Shown here one piece after another: positions 1 through 11,217 of a DNA stretch of 64,000 nucleotides. Under the pieces are notes generated by a model. It saw only the letters and a list, made by a program, of their open reading frames with translations. It was not told where the DNA came from and did no database searches. Position 1 is the first letter of the stretch, and every line of letters starts with the position of its first letter. The translations under genes and the position numbers were made by a program. Source of the stretch: Felis catus (taxonomy: Eukaryota). The stretch is from positions 204,540,001 through 204,604,000 of the forward strand of contig NC_058368.1 of assembly GCF_018350175.1 (NCBI RefSeq), in the 5' to 3' direction.

Positions 1-726
1 AGTGGAAAATTTGAAACATCATCTTCAGATGGCAGCAGATCATTAATTACAAAGATAATTCAAGGAATGCCAGAGGGGCCCCAAACAAATAAATACACTT
101 TCAGACCAATCAGCCAGTAGCAACAGCGTATTCACCATGAAAATTGGGAATCGGCAGAAAGTAAAGGATGCCTCAATAAACACAGACCCAGCTACTGCTG
201 GCTCTACTGTAGATGTAAAAGCCATCGCTGTCTGCAGCTGAGACAGTTTCTGCCCTTGTAACAAAGGGGCAAGTCTGTGAAATGACCAAGGACATTGCTG
301 ACAAGACAAAAATATAATAAATGTAAACTACTCTTGCAGGATGAGAAAACAAAATGCAATAAATATGCTGATGAACTTGCAAAAGTGGAGTCAAAATAGA
401 ACAAGTGAAGATTGCTGGAAACGTAAAACCAGCAGTGGTTGAAGTACAGGACAATGACAAACTTGAGAGAGAGACAAGGAAATAGATGGTCTAACTTCAC
501 ATTTGGAAAACCTTTCCAGGAGCAAGGAACTTGAAAGAACTCTAGAAAATCAAGCAGAAAGGAAACGGAAGGTCAGAATTTCCAGGGTTCTCAGAAGATT
601 TCACAGTGTCTCAACATATGCTCAGAGCAAAATGGTCATGTTGCTGCAGTGCTGAATATACAACCCGTTCTGCAATATGTTCATCCTTGTGCAACACAGG
701 AAACCAGAGATGGAGCAGATGGTGCT

Positions 727-922
727 TTTTTTAAAAAAAATGTATTTTATGTTTGAGAGAGAGAGAGCAAGTGGGGGAGGGCAGAGAGAGAGGAGAAACA
801 GGGGATCCAAAGCAGCCTCTGTGCTGGCATCATGGAGCACGTGCAGGGCTCCAACTCAGGAACCCCTGAGATCATGCCCTGAGCAGAAATCTGACTCTTA
901 ACAGAGCCACCCAGGCACCCCA
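727..922 (-). mobile_element. CanSINE inserted in the TAX1BP1 pseudogene
   Basis: SINE body with (GA)n and T-tail; TSD cagatggtgctttt on both sides. Confidence 0.9.
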
Positions 923-1596
923 CAGATGGTGCTTTTTACCCAGATGAAATCTGAAGGGTACCTGTGAGAGCCCACTTGAGGACTGAAGATGATGGTCTTT
1001 GCAGCCAGCCTGCCAGATACCTTAGTCGGCCTGATGGTTTAGAAGATCTGAGGACAAGAAAGAAGATGAGAGTGTGCCCACTGCTCCTGACCCTCCAAGT
1101 CAAGCATTTACATGGGCACATGGGCGCAGGACAGGCTTTTGCTTTGATTCCAGCTTTGATGTTCACAAGAAGGGTCCCCTCTGCGAATTAATGTTCCCTC
1201 CCAACTATAATCAGAGCAAATTTGAAGAACATATTGAAAGTCACAGGCAGGTGTGCACAATGTGCAGCAAGCAGTCCCCTCCTGCCTGTGACCAGCAGGG
1301 CTTTGAAAGGCATGTGTAGACCCATTTTGATCATGGTTTAAATTTGACTAGTTATATTTTATTATGAGTTAGTAATCCAGTTTAGCCATTAAAAAAAAAA
1401 ATCACCTCAAATAGACCACTGTGGAGACCACACGGTATCACTTCCATGAACCGTCTACCACACTTTTCTGAACAAGGGCTACTTTTTAGTTATGTGTTGC
1501 TAGTGTCAGGGTCAATCATTGGCTTATCAATAAATATAATTGTAACTTCTGTTACTCTTACCAGCTCAAGATAAGACGTTTTTCTGTGTTTGTATC

Positions 1597-1786
1597 TTTT
1601 TTTTCTAATGTTTATTTATTTATTTTGAGAGTGGGGAAGGGCAGAGAGAGAGGGAGAGAGAGAATTGCAAACTGGCTCTGTGCTGACAGCGCAGGGCTCA
1701 GGACTTGATCTCAAGAACTATGAGAGCATGACCTGAGCTGAAATCAAGAGTTGGCTACTTAACTGAGTGAGCCACCCAGGTACCCC
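1597..1786 (-). mobile_element. CanSINE
   Basis: SINE body; TSD tctgtgtttgtatcttt. Confidence 0.9.
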
Positions 1787-2178
1787 TCTGTGTTTGTATC
1801 TTTATTTATTCCTCACTTTGCAAAGGTATATGAATAAAAGAAATGGAGTATTTTAACGTTACTGTACTGAAAATGTATGTACATAGAGTGTGTTATTTAG
1901 CACAATATTTACAAGTTTCTGTTGACTTTGTTGATTGAGTGTGACTACCAAATATAATGTAATAAAAGTAATTTATCATAAAAAAGGTAAAGAAACTTTA
2001 CACAGTATATCATAATCATACAATAAATCCCAAGAAAACTGTCCTTTTAACAGAGAGAAAACAAAATTTTAATTTCGCACCAGTTTACTTTTGATATTAA
2101 AACTCATTTTTAAGTAAATTAATTTTAATCTTAGTTTGACTACACATTACAACTCCTTTTCAAAGATTCCTTTTCTAC

Positions 2179-2292
2179 GGTGCTGACAGCTCAGAGCCTG
2201 GAGCCTGCTTCAGATTCTGTGTCTCCCTCTCTCTCTGCTCCTACCCCACTCAAGCTCTGTCTCTTGCTCTAAAAATAAATTAAACATTAAAA
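2179..2292 (+). mobile_element. 5'-truncated CanSINE
   Basis: gtgctgacagctcagagcctggagcctgcttcagattctgtgtctccc followed by an A-rich tail. Confidence 0.85.
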
Positions 2293-3260
2293 TTCCTTAT
2301 CTATAATCCTTCTACAAACTTTCTTTTCTGCATTCCAATTTTTTCCTGTTTTTCTTCTTTAAACACCCTCACTTGGAGACAAAATTACTTTCTTTTCCCT
2401 TAAGAAAAAAATGTACCTCCTTTCCTCACATCTTCTCTTATTGAAACACATCCTACTTTTTTGGCACATGAAGATGCTTCCCTTATTATTTCCAGTAGTT
2501 TGAATTGCATATATTATTTAAATCACCTTAATTTCTAGTGAAAACTAAGTAAGCAATTGTGAACTGAGTGCTATAGCAGCATTTTTTAAATTTGCAAATT
2601 TATCAATACATTTCATAATTTCTAGAAGCATATTCTTTTTTCAGTTTTCCCAGATAGCATTAACATATCTGGGTAACTTTTAGTTTTTCTGCGATGAAAG
2701 GACTAGATGATGCCTAGAAACTTGACAGATAAAACTGGGCCTGTGTAAATGTGTCTGTGAGGATGTGCAAATATGCCTGTACTGCCTCCTCAGAGGGAAT
2801 TATATCATTTTGTCCTCATATAATGTCATCAATATAATGCCCATATGGCATCTTTCCAATTGTAAGGTACTTACATCCTATCAAACCTGCTAGCAGAGGT
2901 GATGTGCAATTGCAGGACTGTTTAAAAATATCCCAGTGGGAGCTAAGAAAATGTATACCGAGTCCCTTAAAAAGTGAAAGAAAATTGGGCCTGGGACTCG
3001 TACACAGTGGGAACAAAACAGAACATACTAGCTAGGTCAGTGACTGTGAAGGATGTTCTTTGGGCCTGTTCTATGTCCTATAATCAGTTCTATAATATTA
3101 GGAATTGGAGCCTAAATCAAGGAACCTAAGCAGTGAGGTTTGGATAGATAGTCAACGGTGAGGTGTCATGCATTAGTGGTTGGCTTAATACCAGCCTGTG
3201 GGGCTATTGAAAGGGGGGAGCTTTGGGAATAATGACTTTTTTTTTAATTTAAAAAGTTTA

Positions 3261-3455
3261 GGGGTGCCTGGGTGGCTCAGTTGGTTAAGCATCCAAGTTC
3301 GCCTCAGGTCAGGATCTCACGGTTTGTGAGTTCGAGCCCCGCGTTGGGCTCTGTGCTGACAGCTCAGGGCCTGGAGCCTGCTTCAGATTCTGTGTCTCCC
3401 TCTCTCTCTGCTCCTCCCCTGCTCACACTCTGTCTCTCTCTCAAAAATAAATAAA
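3261..3455 (+). mobile_element. CanSINE (SINEC_Fc-type)
   Basis: Full head ggggtgcctgggtggctcagttggttaag, (CT)n tract and A-rich tail. Confidence 0.95.
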
Positions 3456-4085
3456 GATTGGGAATGCAAGCTGGTGCAGCCACTCTGGAAAACAGTATGG
3501 AGGTTCCTCAAAAAACTAAAAATAGACCTACCCTACCACCCAGCAATTGCACTACTAGGCTTTTATCCAAGGGACACAGGTGTGCTGTTTCGAAGGGACA
3601 CATGCACCCCCGTGTTTATAGCAGCACTATCAACAATAGCCAAAGTATGGAAAGAGCCCAAATGGCCATCGATGGATGAATGGATAAAGAAGATGTGGTA
3701 TATATATACACAATGGAGTATGACTCGGCAATCAAAAAGAATAAAATCTTGCCATTTGCAGCTACGTGGACGGAACTGGAGGGTATTATGCTAAGTGAAA
3801 TTAGTCAGAGAAAGACAAAAATCATATGGCTTCACTCATATGAGGACTTTAAGAGACAAAACAGATGAGCATAAGCGAAGGGAAACAAAAAGAATACAAA
3901 AACAGGGAGGGGGACAAAACAGAAGAGACTCATAAATATGGAGAACAAACCGAGGGTTACTGGAGGGGTGGTGGGAGGGGTATGGGCTAAATGGGTAAGG
4001 GGCACTAAGGAATCTACTCCTGAAATCATTGTTTCACTATATGCTAACTAATTTGGATGTAAGTTTAAAAAAATAAATAAAATTT
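3456..4085 (+). mobile_element. L1 3' fragment (ORF2 C-terminus and 3'UTR)
   Basis: [28 protein letters not shown]...WKEPKWPSMDEWIKKMWYIY matches the L1 ORF2 C-terminus; A-rich tail follows. Confidence 0.95.
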
Positions 4086-4116
4086 TAAAAAATATTTAAA
4101 AAATTAAAAAATTTTT

Positions 4117-4304
4117 TAAAAAGTTTATATATTATTTTTGAGAGAGAGAGTGTGTGTGCATACGTGGAGGAGGGGGGAGAGAAAGAGAGAATCTCAAGCA
4201 ACCATGCAGAGCCGGATATGGGGCTGGAACTTATGAACCCTTGAGATCATGACCTGAGTGGAAAGCAAGAGTCCACTTAACCGACTGAGCCACCCAGGCC
4301 CCCC
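4117..4304 (-). mobile_element. CanSINE whose T-tail (3237-3260) was split off by the later SINE+L1 insertion
   Basis: SINE body ending gagccacccaggcccccc; tttaaaaagttta is duplicated at 3248-3260 and 4115-4127. Confidence 0.85.
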
Positions 4305-5589
4305 ATGACTCTTGGCTGAAGCATATCTTTAATAATGGGATAGGCCTTCAGTGCTTTGTTTAAGTCGTACTGGGGAGTGTTAACTGTCTTGACTAGAGAG
4401 GAGTGGTCAAGGCATCCATTTGGCAGGCCAGTTAGGAAGAACAAGAGCATGGCATCCTGTCAAGGCATCCGTGCTTATAGTTAGGAAAGAAAGCGCCAGG
4501 GGGCCACCACCAGAGGAGGCCATTTGAAGTGAATGGTCCCAATAGCTACATCCCAATGGGTTTATACACCTTTGATTGTTTTGTCAGCAATTCCCTATAA
4601 GGATAAGGACTTTCCTTTTGGGAACTGAGAGGGATTTCATGGAATGACAGTGACCTGGGCCCTGGTATCTAATAGGGGCAAAAAAAAAAAAAAAAAAAAA
4701 GACTGAAATTTTATTGTCCCACTGGACTACCAGAGTGGCATAGAGGAAATTGTCCTGGGAAGGTGGGACAAGCCCCAGGGAGTCGCCAATTCCTGGGGTA
4801 GAACCTGGAGTGGCTGCTAGGCCTGGTGGTTAGGGAAAGGGACAAGGTTGGTAATGGAATCAAGCTGGGGAAGGTCAGAGGAGGTAGAGGGCTATTATGT
4901 GGAAGTGGAGGGCCAGCAGAAGGGTGCTGTGGCTGACAGAATCTAGTTTTAGGCTCCTAAGTTTAGAAGCTGGTTGTCCAGAGATTAAGTGGCCAGGAAC
5001 CCTGAGTCTCCATAACTCCCAGCAGGGCTTTGCCTGTGTATTCCCGAACAAGGAAACATTAGATGGGTAGGGTGTTACTGGGGAGGGAGTGGGGACTGCT
5101 TCTGCCACAAACGAAACAAAACAAACAACAAAACGACGATTTCCTTCCACCCAGTGCTTTTGATTTGGGAACGGACAGTGGAAGCGGTAGTGCTTGTACC
5201 ACTTTTCAGGTGTAGCACCCGGTGCTAGTTTATGGGCTACAGCAACCCGGATTCAGAACCAAGGGTTTCCCACTAGAGCTGCCAGAATGCTCAGAACCGC
5301 TGGTTCCTCCCGGCACCACAGTTGCTCTGGGAGGAGGGATGTTCATCTTTGGCTCCACCACAGCCATTTGCTGTGCTGGCACAGGGAGTGTCCCAGCACC
5401 ACTCCTTCTAGGGAACTGCAGGTCGCTCAGGCAGCTCCGTTGAGGGATCTCAGCCTCAGTTTCTCCTTATTTCCCCTGGGAGTACCCATCCAAGCAGGGG
5501 ATTGGGAAGGCACATCTTCCTTCCCTGAGACCAACTCTCGGGCCCCTGCACTGATCAGTGCTCTCTGCTGGCCCTTGCTCCTTCCAGCG

Positions 5590-6800
5590 TTGGCAGGTGC
5601 CAGCCTCCCCTCCACTAGGTGCATGGCCCATGATGTGCGGTCACAGTTTCTGGCAGAGCCGGGCTGGCGCTTTCCCGGTGGAGGTGGCTCTGCTCGGCGC
5701 GGAGCTGGGTGTGTTTCGCCGGTGTCGCCCATCCTTTCGCTTTGCGGGGTGTTCCGTTCCCGGCCCCACTGGCAGCCGGAAAATCGGGGTGGGGGTGGGG
5801 GGTCAAGGGGCAGCACCTGTGCATGAGCCCAGCCAGGTGTTCCTCGGGGGGGGGGGGGGGGATAGCTCCGCGCCGGTACCCAGCAGCCTGTTTCTCGTCA
5901 CCACTTTCGCGAGCAGCGCCCACCAGATAACTCGGGGATTTCGCGCCACCACTTGAACTCCGCCCAAAGTTCAGGGTCGTTGGGTGCCGTCCCTTCCTCT
6001 GCCCAGGAAGGCCTGTGCCGGCCTTCCGGTGGTCGCCCTTCCCGGCCGTCCCCTTGCCACTTTGGCCAGTAGCTCGGAGCCGGCGGTTTGTCTGTCACAG
6101 CCCGGATTGTGCACAGGCTCTGTGGCAGCACCGCCCACGACCCGGCGGGCACTGTTTCTCAGTGACGGCCCCTATTACGTGACTTCGCGGTGCGGGTGTT
6201 TGTCGTAGGCAGCACCGCTCGTCTCCCCCAGTTTGCATTTCTCTAATTGTCCCGATCTGGCCATTTGACAGGTGCAGTTTCCCTAGTTCCCCGGAGCATT
6301 CATTCTGTGTCTTGGTGGCTGCTCGGCGGCTAGCGTCCAGACCGCCGCTGCTCTTTGGCCCTTTGCTAGTGGAGATGCGCCCGCGCTCGCTCTTTCGCAG
6401 AGAGGACAGCGACGTCAGAACGCCTCCATCCGGACACTGGAACAATCACTGCCTGTGCTGGTCGGGTCTCGGTCTCCAACCCTCCAGGTTTCACCGTCAT
6501 CATGCATTTCTTCCTTCTAGCACACCTGGAATTAGCGGTGCGTGGGATTTCCTTGTTGTAGCAGGTCCCGTGTAGTCGCGCCTGCGATTTCCAATCTTGG
6601 CCGAGTCGGAGAACAGCGGCCAAGGAGATTTCTCCGCGGTGCAGATCCCGCTTTAGGCGAATCAAGGGTTTAGCCAGGCCTGGAACTTCTTAGTCAAAGG
6701 AAGTCCATGTTGATTCTGGCAAATGAGTATTTAATCCTGCCTTGCAGATTTCTATGTCTGACCGGATCCCGGTTTAGCGACTTACCAGCGTAGCATGAGG
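5590..6800. promoter_or_regulatory. CpG island / probable promoter (left arm)
   Basis: High GC with retained CpG; CRE/E-box-like ttacgtgac (~6174) and gacgtca (6411); G-tracts at 5786-5810 and 5846-5861. Confidence 0.7.
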
Positions 6801-6984
6801 TGGGCGCTTCAGTTCAGCCTAAGATTTCCAGTTGTAATAAGTCTGAATAAACCCATGTCTCTGGTATATCTGAGATCAGGTGAGCTCAATGTCAGACCGA
6901 ATGTGTCCAGATTTGCAAGGAATCTGTACCTGTTCATCAGGCCTGCCATTTCTTTTTCAATGGTAGCAAGTGTTTCTCAGAAAT

Positions 6985-7930
6985 GCGATGACCTGCCATG
7001 CCTATGTTTGTTATTAGGTCCCACAGAAGTAGGGATATATTGGCAAAACTACCTTTTTTGGGGGTAGTATTAGAACAGTTGTTTTGTTTTGTTTGCAATA
7101 GGAAGTACATTTTATTACTAAATCTGGGAGAAGTCAATATCAACAGAATACAAAAATTGCTCATTGGTCGGACGTTCTAGAAAATTCAGACATACTGTTT
7201 TTGATTATTAGTTTTCTAGAAGTCGGTGTATATTTGCTAAAGAGATTTCTGATTTGGAGTCAGTTCTGGGGTGTTCTGCCTTAAGTATGTTTGCATTATT
7301 AAGCCCGTAGAAGTCAATGTGTGAGGCAAAAATGTTTTTTTAATCCTAGCAGTGCTGCATTTGCTATAGGAAGTACCCTCTCCCCACTTACTAAGTCCTC
7401 TCAGAGTTGATATAAACTGGGGAAAATAATTTCTTCATCCTAGCAACTTCTGTAAGTCAAGATTTAGCTGTGTTCCTGTTTATTATGCTGTGAAAGTCAG
7501 TGCCTATAGAGACAAAAGCGGTTTCTTAATCATAGTAAGTTAGGGGTTGGAAACACAAGGTCTGCCAATCATTTGTTAATATGAAATCCCATGAAAATCA
7601 GTATATACTGCTGAAAATGATTTCTTCACTGTAGGCAGGTTTGGTTGTGCAAGAGACAGTCTGCCTTAGCTGTTCATTACATTGATTTCTTAGTTCTACC
7701 AAGTTAATTTTTTGCAATAGAAGTTCAAACTGTGCTTTTTATTATGAAGTCCCCTAAAGGTCACTGTCCACCAGCTGAAAAGATTTCTTGTTTGCAGAGA
7801 GTTCAAGGAAATTCTGATTTAGCTATGTTTTTGTTTAAGGACACTGTAGAACTCAATTTCTTGATCGCAACAATGCTGTATTTGCAACTGAAGTCGGCCC
7901 TTTCTCTTTAAATCCCGTGGAGTCCCTGCA
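6985..7930 (+). repeat. Degenerate ~90-bp tandem repeat array (same family as 9790-11215)
   Basis: Recurrent tagaagtc(g/a)gtgtata...aaaa.gatttctt.atcctagca...gatttagct motifs. Confidence 0.7.
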
Positions 7931-9031
7931 GACTGGCTAATGAGATTTTTTTTTTAGGGTTAATAAATATTTGCTTAGCAGTGGCAGCTATTTCTTACTC
8001 CTGCTTCCTCTGGGTTTGTGTTTATGGAACACACGATTACGCTGATGGGAACCTCTGGGAAAGCAGCATTTAGCATGTTTGCAATTTCTTTCTTTCTCTC
8101 AGGGGGAGGGGTTCTATGAATGCAGTTGCTCCCTTAGTCTTCTATTCTCCTGCAGTGTATTTTCCTTGGAAATCGATGTGTTTTGGTTTCCTTTTGTGTT
8201 CACAAGGGTCAGGATCCATGTGTTTTGATTTCTATTTAGATTTAGGCAGTTTATGATCATTTTATTTGTTATTTCCTGAATTTAACTTTGTTATGTATCC
8301 TACTTATTTCCTTGCGTGTTTCACCACTCAGCTGCATGCTCTCTGACTTGCCTTCACCTACTGAGAGCAAGCTCAGTCTCAGCCCCACAGATGCTGGGCC
8401 TCCCTGTTTCCTGCAGGCTGCACCAGTCCTTCTGCCAGACGGGAGGCACACACTGCCTGCTTTATGGCCTGGAGCGGCAAGGACAGTTCTTGGTCTGGGC
8501 ACCGTTCCTAGTACATAGTTTCTCCCACTCAGGACCCCAGGGTTCTCTGTGCCATCTCCTTCTCAACCCCAGCACAGCTGGTTCCCCGGGGCTGGCCTGA
8601 CCTTTGTTGGGCATGGACATGTGAGGCCAGCTGGTGTAGAAATTGCGCTCCAAAGGCATCCTCTTCTTGCCCATAATATCGAATGTTTTATTTGTTGGGT
8701 TAGTTTCTGTATGGTTTGCTTTTGTTTCGGTTTCATTTCGGTTTGTTTTCCTCCTTTCCGTTTGTGTTCTGCCTGTGCGTTTGCTTTGCGCCTGTTGGTT
8801 GGTTTTAGTAATGGGCCTGTTGCTTTGGTTTATGCGTTCTTGCCAGGTTCTCCTTTTTCCTGTAGTCTCCACTGATTTGTTACCACTCAGTCGCGTGACT
8901 TTCTCCAGACTTCTGCCTTGCCTCTGCCCACACCCGGAGACAGCATAAGTACCCAGGCTGCAGTAGTGCTGTAGGCTAGCCTACTTCATCTGTGCAAAGC
9001 TTGAGTCCTGGAAATCAGAGCCCCGAGCGCG

Positions 9032-9608
9032 ATGTAGCCGCATTTTCCTGGCCGTGTGAAAGAGGCTTGGGATTCCACAGCGGGGGCGCCAGAGCCCCAG
9101 CCTGCATCTCTGTTGAACTCAGAAGATTCGGGGCTTTGCCCACTCCCTTTCTATCCTGTGCTGGGAGAATCCTCAGGCCACGGTGGTGGTTTGGTTTCGG
9201 AACTGCTTTCCAGTCCTTGTTGGCGGCTTCGCTGGGTCTACCCGCAAAAGGAAGTCTTGCCCAGATCCCACTGCACCTCGGAACCCAGACCCGCTCTGCC
9301 CAATGTGGGCCTCTGGCCCGGGACACAGAAGAAGCCAGAGGCATCTTAAGGAGAGGCGGACTCTGCGGAGGAACCCGAAGGACTCTCGCACCAGCAGCTT
9401 CCCTGCACCAGGACGCGGCGCCTGGCGCCTGGCGACAGAAGGCTGGAGGAGACCAGACCGCGGGGACCCTTTGGAGCACCGCAGACCCCTGCCCGCTCGG
9501 TGGAGTCCCGTCGGAGCATTCTCAGGCTGCTTGGACTGGATTGGTCACACCGTGTACACCTTGAGTAGCGGCCTCTGCAGGAGCATCTTTGGGACTAAGG
9601 AGCCCTGA
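9032..9608 (+). pseudogene. ANXA2R: ANXA2R (annexin A2 receptor) pseudogene, full length
   Basis: Reads M*PHFPGRVKEAWDSTAGAPEPQP...SEDSGLCPLPFYPVLGE...LLSSPCWRL...WPGTQKKPEAS*GEADSAEEP..HQQLP, then after a frameshift ...AFSGCLDWIG...CRSIFGTKEP*. Collinear with recalled human ANXA2R (MEQHFLGCVKRAWDSAEVAPEPQP...PLPLYPVLGE...LLSSPCWRL...WPGTQK...FSDCLEWI...CSRICGAKQP). Stops at 9035-9037 and 9347-9349. Confidence 0.9.
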
Positions 9609-9789
9609 GATTGCAGCGGGAGCCTTTCCTAGCTGCCCTCGGCAAAGAGTCTCATTTGTGAAATTTACAAAATAAAAATCTCTTAAGATGTGCCCTTCAG
9701 AGTTCTCTGTCCAGTTCTTCTCATTCTCTGAGGTTTCTACTTTTCGTTTCTGGTTGATTACTACATTCGGGTCCCTTATATATTTTATA

Positions 9790-11215
9790 GTAAAAAGTAG
9801 GACTTGGCTTTGTTCCTCTCTCTTAAATTCCTAGAAGTCGGTGTACACTGGGGCAAAACGACTTTTCTCTCCTCGCACGTTCTGCGAAATCGCCTTTAAT
9901 TTTGTTTGTATTTGACACCTCAGCGGAAGTCCTTGTATACTGGTGAGCACAGGATCTTTCTGCTAGCCGAATGATGGGAATTACCGCATGGACTTGTTCT
10001 TTTTGCTTCCCTTTTTAGAAGTCGGTTTACTGCTTAGGAAACGATTACTTTCTCCTCACAAGTTCTGCAAAATCAAGATTTACCTTTGCTTAGGTTTGCA
10101 ATTTCAGTGGAAGTCGTTTTATACAGGTGAACACGATAATTCGTACTACCAATATCTTTAAAGTTACCGCATGGACTTGTTCCTCATTCTTCACTGTGTA
10201 GAAGTTGGTTTACAGTGGTGAAAAAGGATTTCTCCTGGCAAGTTCTGGGAAATCACGATTTAATTTTGTTCGTATCTGCCTCTTCCATGTATACCCGTGA
10301 ACACAGTATCTTTCTGCTAGCAATACCACAGAAATTACACATGGACGTTTTCCTTTGTCTTCACTCTTTAGAAGTCAGTGTACAGCATGCAAAAGGATTT
10401 CCTTCTCGTAACATGTTGTCTGCAAAATCACGATTTAACTTTGCTTGTTTTACCACCTCAGTGGAAGTCTTTGTCAAATGGTGACCAGTGTATCTTTCCG
10501 CTAGAAATACCACAGAAATTACACGTGGACGTTTTCCTTTGTCTTCACTCTTTAGACATTGATATACAGCGTGAAAAACGATTTCTTTCTCCTCACGAGT
10601 TCTGCAAAGTCACGATTTAACTTTGCATTGGCCACCTCAGTGGATGCCTTTGTACAGTGGGGAACATGATATCTTCCTACTACCAGTATCCCTAAAAGTA
10701 CAACACATAGTTTTTCCTTTTTCTTCCCTTTTCAGTAGTGAAAAACAATTGTTTTCTCCTCACAAGTTTTGGGAAATGACGATTTAACTTGGTTGCTATT
10801 TTTCACCTCAGTGAAAGTCATTGTGCAGTGGTGAACATGATATCTTTCTGTGAGCACTGTCCTAAAGACTACCACGTGGAGTTGGTCCTTTTTCTTCACT
10901 TTCTAGATGTTGGTGAACAGGGGGGAGAAATATTTTCTGTGTTCCTAGTCGCTTTAGGAAATCACGATTTAATTTTGTTCACATTTGCCACCTGTATAGT
11001 GGTGACCTGTATCTTTAAAAGTACGACATAGCCGTGTTCTTTTTTTTCCTTTTTCACTTTTCAGAAGTTGGTGTACAATAGGGAAATATTATAACTATGT
11101 CTTTCTTGTCGCAAGTTTTGCAAAATCATGATTTGAGAGTTTGTTTACATTTGGCACCTCAGTCGAAGTCCTTGCATAGCGGTGAACAAGATATCTTTCT
11201 GCTAGCGATATCAGC
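9790..11215 (+). repeat. Tandem array of about eight ~170-185 bp units, each made of two ~90-bp subunits
   Basis: Anchor (t/c)agaagt(c/t)(g/a)gt(g/t)taca or close variants at ~9832, 10017, 10199, 10369, 10553, 10904 and 11062, each followed by ttctcctcacaagttctgcaaaatcacgatttaa...cacctcagtggaagtc-like sequence. Confidence 0.9.
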
Positions 11216-11217
11216 AT

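Larger units (their letters stand above)
1..1985 (+). pseudogene. TAX1BP1: TAX1BP1 processed pseudogene (3' CDS, 3'UTR and short poly-A; 5' part lies outside the window)
   Basis: Translation near 1140-1351 gives FCFDSSFDVHKKGPLCELMFPPNYNQSKFEEHIESHRQVCTMCSKQSPPACDQQGFERHV*THFD, matching the recalled tandem UBZ zinc fingers of TAX1BP1. Intronless, with stops, frameshifts and two SINE insertions. AATAAA at 1961-1966, A-run at 1980-1985. Confidence 0.92.
2700..5500 (-). mobile_element. Ancient class III (ERVL-like) endogenous retrovirus internal remnant (gag-pro-RT), interrupted by SINE/L1
   Basis: Minus-strand protease motif LLDTRAQVTVIP (~4640-4675) and RT motif HYIDDII (~2819-2839), preceded by a frameshifted QFSFTF..YTF..LPLGY segment, in retroviral order. 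Confidence 0.75.
5500..9375 (+). repeat. Left arm of a large inverted repeat (palindrome)
   Basis: Reverse complement of 15650-19802. The ORF track gives identical translations on opposite strands, e.g. 6095..6445- = 18838..19188+ and 6312..6575+ = 18708..18971-. Confidence 0.97.

Noticed and set aside
5194..6665. Many overlapping 70-220 aa ORFs in CpG islands (also 18.6-19.9, 29-30 and 56 kb)
   Set aside because: Expected from stop-codon scarcity in GC-rich DNA; no recognisable domains, and poly-G length differences shift frames between arms.
8462..8948. 136-141 aa N/T/K/Q-rich ORFs and hydrophobic antisense ORFs in both arms (mirror 16129-16554)
   Set aside because: They arise from low-complexity GT-rich DNA, lack a convincing ATG start, and their frames differ between arms through a 1-nt indel.
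9183..9210. VVWFRN / VVWFQN peptides (also near 15810-15835) resembling homeodomain helix 3
   Set aside because: They are an alternative frame of the ANXA2R pseudogene; no RR/K follows and helices 1-2 are absent.
9790..11215. Array considered as CRISPR, snoRNA/miRNA cluster, decayed C2H2 zinc-finger exon, or NORAD/XIST-type repeat
   Set aside because: Eukaryotic context with no unique spacers; no C/D boxes or long hairpins; period is ~90 rather than 84 bp with no TGEKPY-like translation; no match to those lncRNA repeats as I recall them.
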